Shown here in pieces: positions 33,046 to 40,989 of a stretch of DNA of 40,989 bases. The DNA comes from a virus. Its lineage: Duplodnaviria; Caudoviricetes. The position numbers and the translations under genes are program-made. Position 1 is the stretch's first letter; each line of letters starts with the position of its first letter. The notes under the pieces were generated by a model. It worked only from the letters and a program-made list of their open reading frames with translations, did no database searches and was not told where the DNA came from. The stretch is from positions 1-40,989 of the IMG/VR virus record IMGVR_UViG_3300044960_000205, one strand, 5' to 3'.

Positions 33046-33429
33046 TCCACCACCGCGCTGCCACTGCGCTCCACAGGAGCAGGCGGCGGCCGGTTCCAGA
33101 ACGCCCCCGCCACCGCGCCGCCTTTTCTCCAACCACGGCGTCGTGTCCGAGCCTTCTACTTTGCAAAATATCGTAAAAAAAAACGAACATGCAATTTTTT
33201 GCGAATACCATTTGCGTCGCTGCCCCACCAAACAAGGCAGACAAGCCCCCAACCGGCATGTCGGACAACCACGGCGCGAAGTGCCTCTCAGAGGCTCTAC
33301 AATGCGCTGTGGGGCACGCGCGTCGTTCCCCCAGTACCCAACCCTTGCCCGCCGCCCTGAATCGCCCAGCGCCTCTTGTAGCGCGTCTGGCGCGCCCCCA
33401 GCCAGTGCGCAATTTTTTGCACTTTTAGG

Positions 33430-33533
33430 TTGCGTCGTTTGCGTCGTTTTGAGGGCATTTTTCAAAAACTTTCCATACGCGTATATATGGAAAAAAGCCT
33501 AAAAAAGGCCTAGAAACGACGCAAACGACGCAA
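33430..33533. other. Nested palindrome, candidate replication origin
   Basis: Perfect 20-bp arms (33430-33449 and 33514-33533) and inner 8-bp arms (33470-33477 and 33486-33493) share one centre; AT-rich; just downstream of the primase-helicase. Confidence 0.6.
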
Positions 33534-33639
33534 ACGCTGCCCCAGAAATCTGCAATTAACAGCAAATTTGCACTTTTATGCGTGCACCCCGCTGGCTGAT
33601 AATCGCCGTTCGGCTGTAAGTATGCTGTTTTTTGCACGG

Positions 33640-36201
33640 TCACGAAAAGTCACCGACTTTTTTTACGCGGATACCAATACGCCAACGTCCGCGCATGCCA
33701 CCGTGGTCCCTGATACCCCGGAACCCGCGGACCTCTAACTTTCTGGCGAGTGCTTTGTCCGATGAGATGTAGCGCACGCCCTTGTCCTTGGCGTATGACT
33801 CCCAGCTCGCCCATAGCTTAGCCATGCTCTCCGTGAACTCCGGTCCGACTTCGCAACACTCTTCGATCCAGTCGGCGAGCAGGTCCATCTCTGTCCGGTA
33901 TTCTTCCCTGGCCTCAATGACTTGCGCGGGCGGCTTGAGTCCTTCTTTTTGGTATGCCAGCGCGCCCCGCACACACCATGCCATCACTCCGCGCGCCTCG
34001 TTGTCGCTTTTGACCGCTTCTTTGTGCCCTTTAGACAGCTTGATTGAGGGGTCCTTGTCGAACTGCCGCAGGAAGGGTATCAGTAGTATTCGCCGCCAGA
34101 TGGCGTGATCGTCGCCCTTGATGATCGGCTTATAGTTTGTTGGGACGATTGCCACCCAAGTCGGCTCAACTTCTATGGTGGATCGCGAGTACAACCCCCT
34201 CGCTGGTATCGCCTCGCCTCCGGTCATGGACTTCACTATGCCTTCTTTAAGCTCGCTGTTTTGGTCAGGCTCATTCACGTACACGAAGCGCGCCCCCCGG
34301 AGACGGAGCACGTCCTCCCGCGCGCCACCAGCGTTGCTGCTACCCCCCTGGCCGCTACGAAGAAAGGTATCCGCCCCAGCCATTTTGGCGTAGTCGCCGA
34401 AGGCATGTTGGACCGCGCCAAAGATCGTGCTTTTTCCGTTCGACCCAAGCCCATAAGGAATTACGATGATGTCCTCGTTCGGATTTCCGAGCATGGCATA
34501 GCCGCACAGCCGCTGCAGAAACGCCATCATCTCCGCGTCGTCGAACATCGCCAGCCGCAGCGTCTCCATGAACAGCGGGCACTCGGCATCCGGGTCATAC
34601 TCCACCGCCGCTTGCATCGTGATTCGATAAGAGGGGTCCGGTGGCAGGAGCTTTCCTGTTCTAAGGTCGATTGCGCCATTCTTGACCCCGAATAGATGCC
34701 GGTGCTTGTCCAGCTCCGACGCGCCCACCACCACCCTAGGATCGGACTTCGCCAGCTCGACCATGGCCCGCACCACCACCGCCCGCTGGCTGATCGAGCA
34801 GAACTTCAAGAACGCCATGCGCTCCTCGTCGTTCTCGATCTTCGCGGCTTCGTCGATAAGGGCTCGCACCGTCTCCTTGGCCATGTGCTCCAGCATGACT
34901 ACCGGAGCCCTTTTCCAATACACGCCCGTCCAGGTGTACCAGGCATCCGTCTCGGGTACGTACATGAGCCCGTCTCCGTAGCGGTCAAGCAGCCGCTCGG
35001 CGTTACCGAACTCGGTCATCGGCCGGCGTCGGAGCACCGTCGGCGTGGGCGCGTGCCCCATGGCCGCCCGCACGTCGGCAACCGGCAGAGCGGTTCCCGT
35101 GAGTTCCTTGAACCGCGCCCGGATCGCCCCTGCAAGTTCGGCTCGCAAGGCCCTGTCGTCGCCGGCCACGGCGCCGGCGCGCCTGGCCACATCGGAGATC
35201 AGCCGGATTGAGTCCCCACACTCCCGCACCAGCGCCTTGACCTCCTCCAGCGCCGCTCGCTTCTCGGCCAGCTCAGCCTCGCGCTCGCCCTCACGCCCGA
35301 CCTTGAGCAGCCACCTGGCCGTCACGGGTTGGCTGCACGACCCGAAACCCGCCCATCGGCGCGCAAGGTCGTCGAAGCCGATGTAGTTGGTGGCGGTTGA
35401 GGACCACCTATCCCACAGCGCCAGGGCCTCGTCAGAGCCCCCGAACTCGTGGTGCAGACACATCCCGGCCTTGATCCAAGTGTCGTAGTCCTCGTTGTCG
35501 AGACACGCTAGCCACCGCTCAGCCTCAGCCAGTGAGAGTCCTACGGGCGGCTCGTAGGCCATGAGGGGATCGTCTACTGGCGCTGAGGTCACCGCCCCCA
35601 TCTTCGCGCGGCTGCCTTCGACGCGCTTGAGCCCGGCCTCCAGCGCCATGGCCTCGAACACCTGGACGGCCTCTGCGACCTGCTCGTGGCCGATCACCGG
35701 CAGAGAATCGACCGGCACCGCATCGAGGCCGCCGAAGAGGTCCACCCACTCGTACGGCCGGCCCGTGTCCGGGTGGACGTGGTAGGCCACGAACTGTTGC
35801 CCCTTGCCCAGCACCTCCAGCCGGTGCCGGCCGCCGCCCGCATCCTCGAACCAGGCGCTGGCCGCCTTCGCCCACCCGGACCCGGCTGCCCGGTAGACCA
35901 GGAGCCGCTTCGGGGCCTGGCCTACTCGCTCGGGCGCCAGCCCGAGATGGTCCGCGCACCACGCGGCGAACCGGATTGCAAGACTTTCGTCGGTCGTGTC
36001 GATATCGAGCGCTGCGATGGGCGCCTCCCCCTGACCGCACAGCACACCGACCCCGTGCCCGGGGTAGCGCTCCAGGTCGGCGGTCGTGAGCCGGGCCTCT
36101 TGCCAGCGCTCCAGCGCCGGCCGCTTGTGGCCGGGTTTGATGGGGACGATGAGGTATCCGGCGGCAGCGAGCGCGCCGCCGTAGGCGCGGAAGTCGTCCA
36201 T
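33640..36201 (-). CDS. Primase-helicase (Prim-Pol N-terminus, PriCT-2, D5/P4-type SF3 helicase)
   Basis: PIKPGHKRP, ALDID, GQQFVAYHVHPDTG, YDTWIKAGMCLH, Walker A GLGSNGKST and DHAIWRRI. Confidence 0.92.
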   Translation of the reverse strand: MDDFRAYGGALAAAGYLIVPIKPGHKRPALERWQEARLTTADLERYPGHGVGVLCGQGEAPIAALDIDTTDESLAIRFAAWCADHLGLAPERVGQAPKRLLVYRAAGSGWAKAASAWFEDAGGGRHRLEVLGKGQQFVAYHVHPDTGRPYEWVDLFGGLDAVPVDSLPVIGHEQVAEAVQVFEAMALEAGLKRVEGSRAKMGAVTSAPVDDPLMAYEPPVGLSLAEAERWLACLDNEDYDTWIKAGMCLHHEFGGSDEALALWDRWSSTATNYIGFDDLARRWAGFGSCSQPVTARWLLKVGREGEREAELAEKRAALEEVKALVRECGDSIRLISDVARRAGAVAGDDRALRAELAGAIRARFKELTGTALPVADVRAAMGHAPTPTVLRRRPMTEFGNAERLLDRYGDGLMYVPETDAWYTWTGVYWKRAPVVMLEHMAKETVRALIDEAAKIENDEERMAFLKFCSISQRAVVVRAMVELAKSDPRVVVGASELDKHRHLFGVKNGAIDLRTGKLLPPDPSYRITMQAAVEYDPDAECPLFMETLRLAMFDDAEMMAFLQRLCGYAMLGNPNEDIIVIPYGLGSNGKSTIFGAVQHAFGDYAKMAGADTFLRSGQGGSSNAGGAREDVLRLRGARFVYVNEPDQNSELKEGIVKSMTGGEAIPARGLYSRSTIEVEPTWVAIVPTNYKPIIKGDDHAIWRRILLIPFLRQFDKDPSIKLSKGHKEAVKSDNEARGVMAWCVRGALAYQKEGLKPPAQVIEAREEYRTEMDLLADWIEECCEVGPEFTESMAKLWASWESYAKDKGVRYISSDKALARKLEVRGFRGIRDHGGMRGRWRIGIRVKKVGDFS

Positions 36202-36211
36202 GGCGCCTCCC

Positions 36212-36430
36212 TTATTCTTCTACCGGGTAGAGATCGGGGCGTAGCTCGTGCCGGGGAATCCCGGTCGCCTTTTCCACTTTCAGCACATACTCGGCGGGGA
36301 TGCGCCGCTTGCCGCGGTGGAGCCATTGCCATATGTGGGCTTGCGTGACGCCGATCCGACGCGCCAGCTCGCTTTGCGACCCCGCGACGGCAATCGCGCG
36401 CGCCAGCGGGGTCTTTGTGTCTTCGTGCAT
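36212..36430 (-). CDS. Cro-like (YdaS-type) HTH regulator
   Basis: AGSQSELARRIGVTQAHIWQW...ELRPDLY; GGAGG RBS before ATG 36430. Confidence 0.88.
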   Translation of the reverse strand: MHEDTKTPLARAIAVAGSQSELARRIGVTQAHIWQWLHRGKRRIPAEYVLKVEKATGIPRHELRPDLYPVEE

Positions 36431-36498
36431 GGGTGCCTCCGAGTCAAATGAGAACAAACCGAAAGGACGGATGGTGGTGGTCGATGTTTACGACATCC

Positions 36499-36528
36499 AT
36501 TATAGGCGCGGACCTGACGATTGAGCAA
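36499..36528 (-). promoter_or_regulatory. Leftward sigma70 promoter for cro and primase
   Basis: TTGCTC-18-TATAAT. Confidence 0.6.
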
Positions 36529-36550
36529 GGACGACCAAAAAAAAAAGCAC

Positions 36551-36579
36551 TTGACTACCGGCGACAATCATCCTATTAT
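36551..36579 (+). promoter_or_regulatory. Rightward sigma70 promoter for the replication operon
   Basis: TTGACT-17-TATTAT with an upstream A-tract (UP-like). Confidence 0.75.
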
Positions 36580-36690
36580 CTGGTCAGAACAGGCAACACA
36601 ACACGAGGACGGCTTGAAGTGATCACCCAGCCAACCCCTTGGCCGCCGCACGGTGCGGCCTCTATTACCTTGATATGAAAGGAGAAACCC

Positions 36691-37074
36691 ATGAGCCTCG
36701 AAGAAGCAATCCGAGAGAATACTGCTGCTGTCCGGGAGCTGATCGCCGCGCTTTCCGCTTTCCGCGTGGCATCTCCCGCCCCTGCCGGAGCCCCTGCCGC
36801 GGCCGAGCCTACCAAGCCGGCCGCCCAGACGCCCGGCGCCGAAGTGACGGCTCCGAAAGCCCCGGTGGCCGAGGTGCCGCCTGACGACGGCGGCGGAGAA
36901 GACGGGGTGTCCTATCAAGAGGCGGCTTCCGCCGTCACCGCCCTTGCCAGGGCGAAGGGGCGTGAGGCCGCTCTGGCCGTGCTCGCGAAGTTCGGGGCGT
37001 CCAACCTCAAGCAGGTGCCGGAATCCAGGTACGCGGCTGTGATCAACGCCTGCGAAGAGGCCATGGGGGCATAA
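36691..37074 (+). CDS. Conserved replication-module hypothetical protein, 127 aa
   Basis: [13 protein letters not shown], Pro/Ala linker, small helical C-terminal domain; AAGGAG RBS. Confidence 0.8.
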   Translation: MSLEEAIRENTAAVRELIAALSAFRVASPAPAGAPAAAEPTKPAAQTPGAEVTAPKAPVAEVPPDDGGGEDGVSYQEAASAVTALARAKGREAALAVLAKFGASNLKQVPESRYAAVINACEEAMGA

Positions 37075-37075
37075 C

Positions 37076-38308
37076 ATGGCTGAGCACGCCAAACTTTCCC
37101 CGTCATCAGCCCACCGGTGGCTGCGTTGCCCCGGCAGCGTCGCCCTGGAGGCGCAATGCCAGGAGTCGGCGAGCGAATTCGCCGACGAGGGCACCGCCGC
37201 CCACGAGCTGGCGGCGATGGCCCTGTCTTCCGGCCACGATGCGGCGGCCTACCTGGGGCGGATCATCGAGGTGGGCGAAAACCGCTTCGAGGTCACGGAC
37301 GACATGGCTGCTCACGTCCAGGTCTACTTGGATTACGTGCGCGCCATCGGCGCCGAGCCCATGGTGGAGCAGCAGCTCTCCATCGAGCACGTCACTGGCG
37401 AGCCAGGCGCCAAGGGAATGGCTGACGCCGTGATCCCGGCCGATGATGAGCTGGTCATCGTCGATCTGAAATACGGTCGCGGGGTCAAGGTGGACGCGGA
37501 GCGCAACGAGCAGCTTATGCTCTATGCCGCCGGCGCCATTGAGGAATACTCCTTTCTCGCCGACTTCCAGCGCGTCCGCCTGGTCATCGTCCAACCCCGC
37601 CTGGACCATGTGAGCGAGTGGGTGGGTTCCATCCAGGAGCTGACCGAGTTCGCTCAACGGGTGCGGGAGGCCGCCACGCGTTGCCAAGCGGCCGAGTACG
37701 TGCTTGCCAAGGACGGCGAGCTTGATATCGAGCACCTGAACCCGGGCGAGAAGCAATGTCGCTTCTGCCGCGCCAAGACCATCTGCCCGGCACTCCGCTC
37801 CCACGTCCTATCCACGGTGGCCGACGATTTCGTGGACGTCACCAAGCCTGTTGCGCCGCAGCTCGCGGCCGCGAAAGACCGCGACATGGACAACGCGATC
37901 CTCGCCAACCTACTCGGTGCCCTCGACCTCATCGAAGACTGGTGTCGGTCCATCCGTGCCAAGGCGGAAGCAGAGCTGCTGGCAGGACGGGAGGTGCCTG
38001 GGTGGAAGCTGGTCGAAGGTCGCAAGGGCGCCCGCCGGTGGGCGGATGAAGGGCAGGTGGAGGCCTTGCTCAAGGCCATGCGCCTCAAGCAGGAAGAGAT
38101 GTACGACATGAGCCTCATCTCTCCCACGACCGCCGAGAAGCGGGTGAAAGCGGGCGTCATCGGCCCGCGCCAGTGGGAGAAGTTGCAGGAACTCATCGTT
38201 CAAGCGGAGGGCAAGCCGACCGTCGTGCCGGCCGGCGACAAGCGTCCGGCGCTGGTCGTTGCCGCCGTGAAAGAGGATTTTTCTGACCTGACGGAGGTGA
38301 AAAAGTGA
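37076..38308 (+). CDS. DUF2800 / Cas4-like PD-(D/E)xK exonuclease
   Basis: [43 protein letters not shown] and [11 protein letters not shown]. Confidence 0.88.
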   Translation: MAEHAKLSPSSAHRWLRCPGSVALEAQCQESASEFADEGTAAHELAAMALSSGHDAAAYLGRIIEVGENRFEVTDDMAAHVQVYLDYVRAIGAEPMVEQQLSIEHVTGEPGAKGMADAVIPADDELVIVDLKYGRGVKVDAERNEQLMLYAAGAIEEYSFLADFQRVRLVIVQPRLDHVSEWVGSIQELTEFAQRVREAATRCQAAEYVLAKDGELDIEHLNPGEKQCRFCRAKTICPALRSHVLSTVADDFVDVTKPVAPQLAAAKDRDMDNAILANLLGALDLIEDWCRSIRAKAEAELLAGREVPGWKLVEGRKGARRWADEGQVEALLKAMRLKQEEMYDMSLISPTTAEKRVKAGVIGPRQWEKLQELIVQAEGKPTVVPAGDKRPALVVAAVKEDFSDLTEVKK

Positions 38309-38487
38309 AGAGAAAACAACCCATTGGCGTCGCACGCGTCCTGCCGCCGGACGCGGCGAGGATGCTGATCGATGCCTCGTGCGTGGAGCGGTCAACACGA
38401 CAGCCGCTTGCGCGTGTCAAGGCCATCGACGCGGCGGTCAAGCGCATCAAGGAGATGTACCCGCAATTTTTCAGACAGGAGAACTGA
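38305..38487 (+). CDS. Hypothetical protein, 60 aa
   Basis: GGAGG RBS and GTGA overlap; fills the gap before SSB. Confidence 0.65.
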   Translation: MKRKQPIGVARVLPPDAARMLIDASCVERSTRQPLARVKAIDAAVKRIKEMYPQFFRQEN

Positions 38488-38490
38488 ACC

Positions 38491-39030
38491 ATGAAAATCC
38501 GACTCGACAACGTTCGCATCGCCTTCCCGGCCCTGTGGGAGCCGCGCACCGTGAATGGCGAGGGCAAGCCGGCCTTCAGCGCCACGTTCATCCTTGACCC
38601 GGACGACTTCCAGGTCACGGCCATCAACCAAGCCATCGAGCAGGTGGCGAAGGAGAAGTGGGGCGAGAAAGCGGGCGCCATTCTCAAGCAGCTGCGTTTG
38701 CAGGACAAGACTCCGCTTCACGACGGAGACCGGAAGTCGAACTACGACGGGTTCGCGGGCAATTTCTACCTCTCCGCCCGCTCGACGACCCGCCCCCTGG
38801 TCATCGACCGCGACAAGAGCCCGCTCACCGAGCGCGACGGCCGGCCCTACGCCGGCTGCTACGTCAATGCGTCCATCGAACTGTGGGCGCAGGATAACGC
38901 CTACGGCAAGCGCATCAACGCCGGCCTTCGGGGCGTGCAGTTCGCCCGCGACGGCGAGGCCTTCGCCGGCGGCGGTGCGGCGAGCGAGGACGAGTTCGAG
39001 GAAATCAAAGACGGAAACGACCTCGTCTGA
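38491..39030 (+). CDS. Single-stranded DNA-binding protein (DUF2815-like)
   Basis: VRIAFPALW, YAGCYVNAS, GLRGVQFARDGE and an acidic tail. Confidence 0.85.
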   Translation: MKIRLDNVRIAFPALWEPRTVNGEGKPAFSATFILDPDDFQVTAINQAIEQVAKEKWGEKAGAILKQLRLQDKTPLHDGDRKSNYDGFAGNFYLSARSTTRPLVIDRDKSPLTERDGRPYAGCYVNASIELWAQDNAYGKRINAGLRGVQFARDGEAFAGGGAASEDEFEEIKDGNDLV

Positions 39031-40989
39031 TGCCAATCCTCTACCTCGACCTGGAAACGTACTCCCCGGTTCCCATCTCGCGCGGGGTGTATGCCTACGC
39101 CGAGTACGCGGAGATTTTGCTCTTCGCCTACGCGATCGACGACGCACCCGCGCGAGTATGGGACTGCACTTCCGGAGCGCTTCCCCCGGCGGAGCTGGCC
39201 GAGGCGCTGGCCGATCATAGCATCACGATCACCGCGCACAATGCAGCGTTCGACCGCACGGTGCTGCGGGTCCGTGGCTATTACCTTCCAATCGCCCGCT
39301 GGCGCTGCACCATGGCCAAGGCCTTGGCGCATGGCCTGCCTGGCTCGCTTAATCAGCTCTGTACGATCCTGGGCGTGCCCGCCGACAAGGCTAAGGACAT
39401 GGAGGGCAGGAAGCTCGTGCGGCTGTTCTGCCAGCCGCAGCCGGCCACGCGCAAGATCAGGCGCGCGACGCGCGACACCCACCGCGCCGAATGGGAGCGG
39501 TTCGTCGAGTACGCGCGCCTGGATGTGGAGGCAATGCGCGAGGTAGATCGTCGCTTGCCGGAGTGGAATTACCGGGGGGACGAGCTTGCCTTGTGGCGCC
39601 TCGACCAGGAAATCAACGACCGCGGATTCCTCTGCGACGTAGAGCTTGCACGCGCTGCGATCCGCGCGGTGGAGCGGGCAAAAAAGGCGCTTGCTGACCG
39701 CACGCAAGAGCTGACGGCCGGGCAAGTGACCACAGCGACGCAACGCGACGCGCTCCTCGAACACATCGCCGCAATCTATGGCCTCCAGCTCAATGATCTT
39801 CGCGCGAGCACGGTTGAGTCGCTGCTGGACGATGAGAGTCTGCCGGAGGAGCTGCGAGAGTTACTGGCCGTTCGGCTCCAGGCAAGTTCCACCAGCGTGC
39901 GCAAGTATCAGGCCGTGCTCGACGCGGTGAGCAAAGACGGGCGGCTACGCGGCGCGCTCCAGTTCTGCGGCGCAAGCCGCACAGGCCGCTGGGCCGGGCG
40001 GGTGTTCCAGCCGCAAAATTTATGCAGGCCAACTATGCCAAATGAGGAAATAGAGCGCGGTATCGAAGCGCTCAAGGCCGACTGCGCGGACCTCATCACC
40101 GACAACGTGATCGAGATCGCGTCCTCTGCGTTGCGCGGTGTAGTGGTTGCGCCGCAGGGCAAGAAGCTCATCGTTGCGGACCTCTCCAACATCGAGGGCC
40201 GGGTGCTCGCGTGGCTTGCGGGCGAGCGATGGAAGGTGGACGCCTTTGCCGCCTTCGACCGCGGTGAAGGCCATGACCTCTACAAGCTCGCCTACGCGAG
40301 GGCCTTCGGTATCCGGCCGGAGGACGTGACGAAGGACCAGCGCCAGATCGGCAAGGTCATGGAGCTGGCCCTTGGCTACGAGGGCGGTGTCGGCGCGTTC
40401 GTGACCTTTGCCTCCGTCTACGGCATCGACCTGGACGCCATGGCCGACCAGGCAGTAAAAGCGCTGCCGGACACGATTCTGCAGGCGGCCAAAGACGCGC
40501 TCGCGTGGGCAAACGAGAATGGGCGCGCGAGCGGGCTGAGCGATAAGGCGTGGGTGGCATGCGATGCGATCAAACGCGCGTGGAGAGCCGCCCACCCGGC
40601 AACGGCTGCGTGGTGGCGAAAGGTGCACCAGACCGTCGTCGATGTGATCGTTGACTCCGTGTTCTACCCCGGTCGGGAGCGTGCCGCGGGGCGGCTGACG
40701 ATAGCTGCAGATGCCGACTGGCTGCGTATCCGCTTGCCCTCCGGTCGTTTCCTATGCTATCGCGAACCGCGAATAGAAGGCGAGGTCGTGTCCTACACGG
40801 GCGTCAACCAGCGCACGCGCCAGTGGTCGCGCATTCAGACCTACGGCGGGAAGTTGGTGGAAAACATCACTCAGGCCGTTGCGCGCGATGTGCTCGCAGC
40901 GGCCATTCCGCGCATCGAGGCGGCCGGCTACCAGATCGTGCTCACGGTGCACGACGAGATCGTTGCTGAGGCGCCGGATGAGCACAGCT
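39030..40989 (+). CDS. Family A DNA polymerase (APSE-like), N-terminal and main part; runs off the end of the window
   Basis: Absent from the ORF track because it has no stop in the window. Exo I YLDLETY, AHNAAFDR, RTGRWAG, motif A ADLSNIEGR and motif B RQIGKVMELALGY. Confidence 0.93.
   Translation, partial: MPILYLDLETYSPVPISRGVYAYAEYAEILLFAYAIDDAPARVWDCTSGALPPAELAEALADHSITITAHNAAFDRTVLRVRGYYLPIARWRCTMAKALAHGLPGSLNQLCTILGVPADKAKDMEGRKLVRLFCQPQPATRKIRRATRDTHRAEWERFVEYARLDVEAMREVDRRLPEWNYRGDELALWRLDQEINDRGFLCDVELARAAIRAVERAKKALADRTQELTAGQVTTATQRDALLEHIAAIYGLQLNDLRASTVESLLDDESLPEELRELLAVRLQASSTSVRKYQAVLDAVSKDGRLRGALQFCGASRTGRWAGRVFQPQNLCRPTMPNEEIERGIEALKADCADLITDNVIEIASSALRGVVVAPQGKKLIVADLSNIEGRVLAWLAGERWKVDAFAAFDRGEGHDLYKLAYARAFGIRPEDVTKDQRQIGKVMELALGYEGGVGAFVTFASVYGIDLDAMADQAVKALPDTILQAAKDALAWANENGRASGLSDKAWVACDAIKRAWRAAHPATAAWWRKVHQTVVDVIVDSVFYPGRERAAGRLTIAADADWLRIRLPSGRFLCYREPRIEGEVVSYTGVNQRTRQWSRIQTYGGKLVENITQAVARDVLAAAIPRIEAAGYQIVLTVHDEIVAEAPDEHS
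40699..40989. repeat. Terminal overlap, copy 2
   Basis: Matches 1-291 with 11 substitutions. Confidence 0.97.

Larger units (their letters stand above)
1..40989. mobile_element. Complete (circularly permuted) podovirus-type phage genome, BPP-1/APSE-like organisation
   Basis: Ends overlap (1-291 matches 40699-40989) within one polymerase reading frame. Full set of replication, packaging, capsid, tail-tube, ejection and lysis genes. No host genes. Confidence 0.93.

Noticed and set aside
32709-33643. ORFs of 60-227 aa in the region after the XRE gene
   Set aside because: No RBS or motifs, mutually overlapping, and they span A-tracts and the palindrome; the region is better explained as non-coding.
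37076-38308. Cas4-like nuclease as part of a CRISPR adaptation module
   Set aside because: It is a standard member of the DUF2800-SSB-PolA replication module; there is no cas1 or cas2. A role in guide acquisition cannot be supported from the sequence.

Overview
The window is an essentially complete, circularly permuted, GC-rich podovirus genome. Its unit length is about 40,698 bp, and its ends overlap by 291 bp with 11 mismatches. The gene order resembles BPP-1/APSE-type phages. The plus strand carries a replication operon (Cas4-like nuclease, SSB, family A DNA polymerase split across the ends, VRR-NUC, SNF2 helicase). The minus strand carries a primase-helicase and Cro, plus a packaging, virion and lysis operon (TerS, TerL, portal, capsid, tail tubes, ejection proteins, tail fibre, holin-like protein, endolysin). 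I found no integrase or CI repressor. The standout locus is 402-1396, inserted directly after the polymerase stop codon. It has two tracts of GGC-NN pentamers (35 and 25 units, variable NN), each followed by hairpin tails, then a 189-aa stand-alone RAMP/Cas7-like gene. This looks like a non-CRISPR RNA-guided system of the VIPR type. Read with every third target base skipped, the dinucleotides of tract 2 decode to an AlpA/excisionase-like coding sequence, (G)LS(R)STIY(D/E)R(L)RT(D)PTFP, which suggests targeting of a competing prophage or satellite. Other notable items: two mini-inteins (one class-3-like starting with Leu), an HNH gene inserted cleanly at the holin-lysin junction, a phosphoesterase/HslV-like/trypsin-like cassette, ADP-ribosyltransferase domains in the giant ejection protein, a candidate acr-aca-type operon, a 49-bp tandem repeat, a nested palindromic origin candidate and a conserved late-promoter motif. 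All product calls come from motif recognition by eye; no database searches were run.
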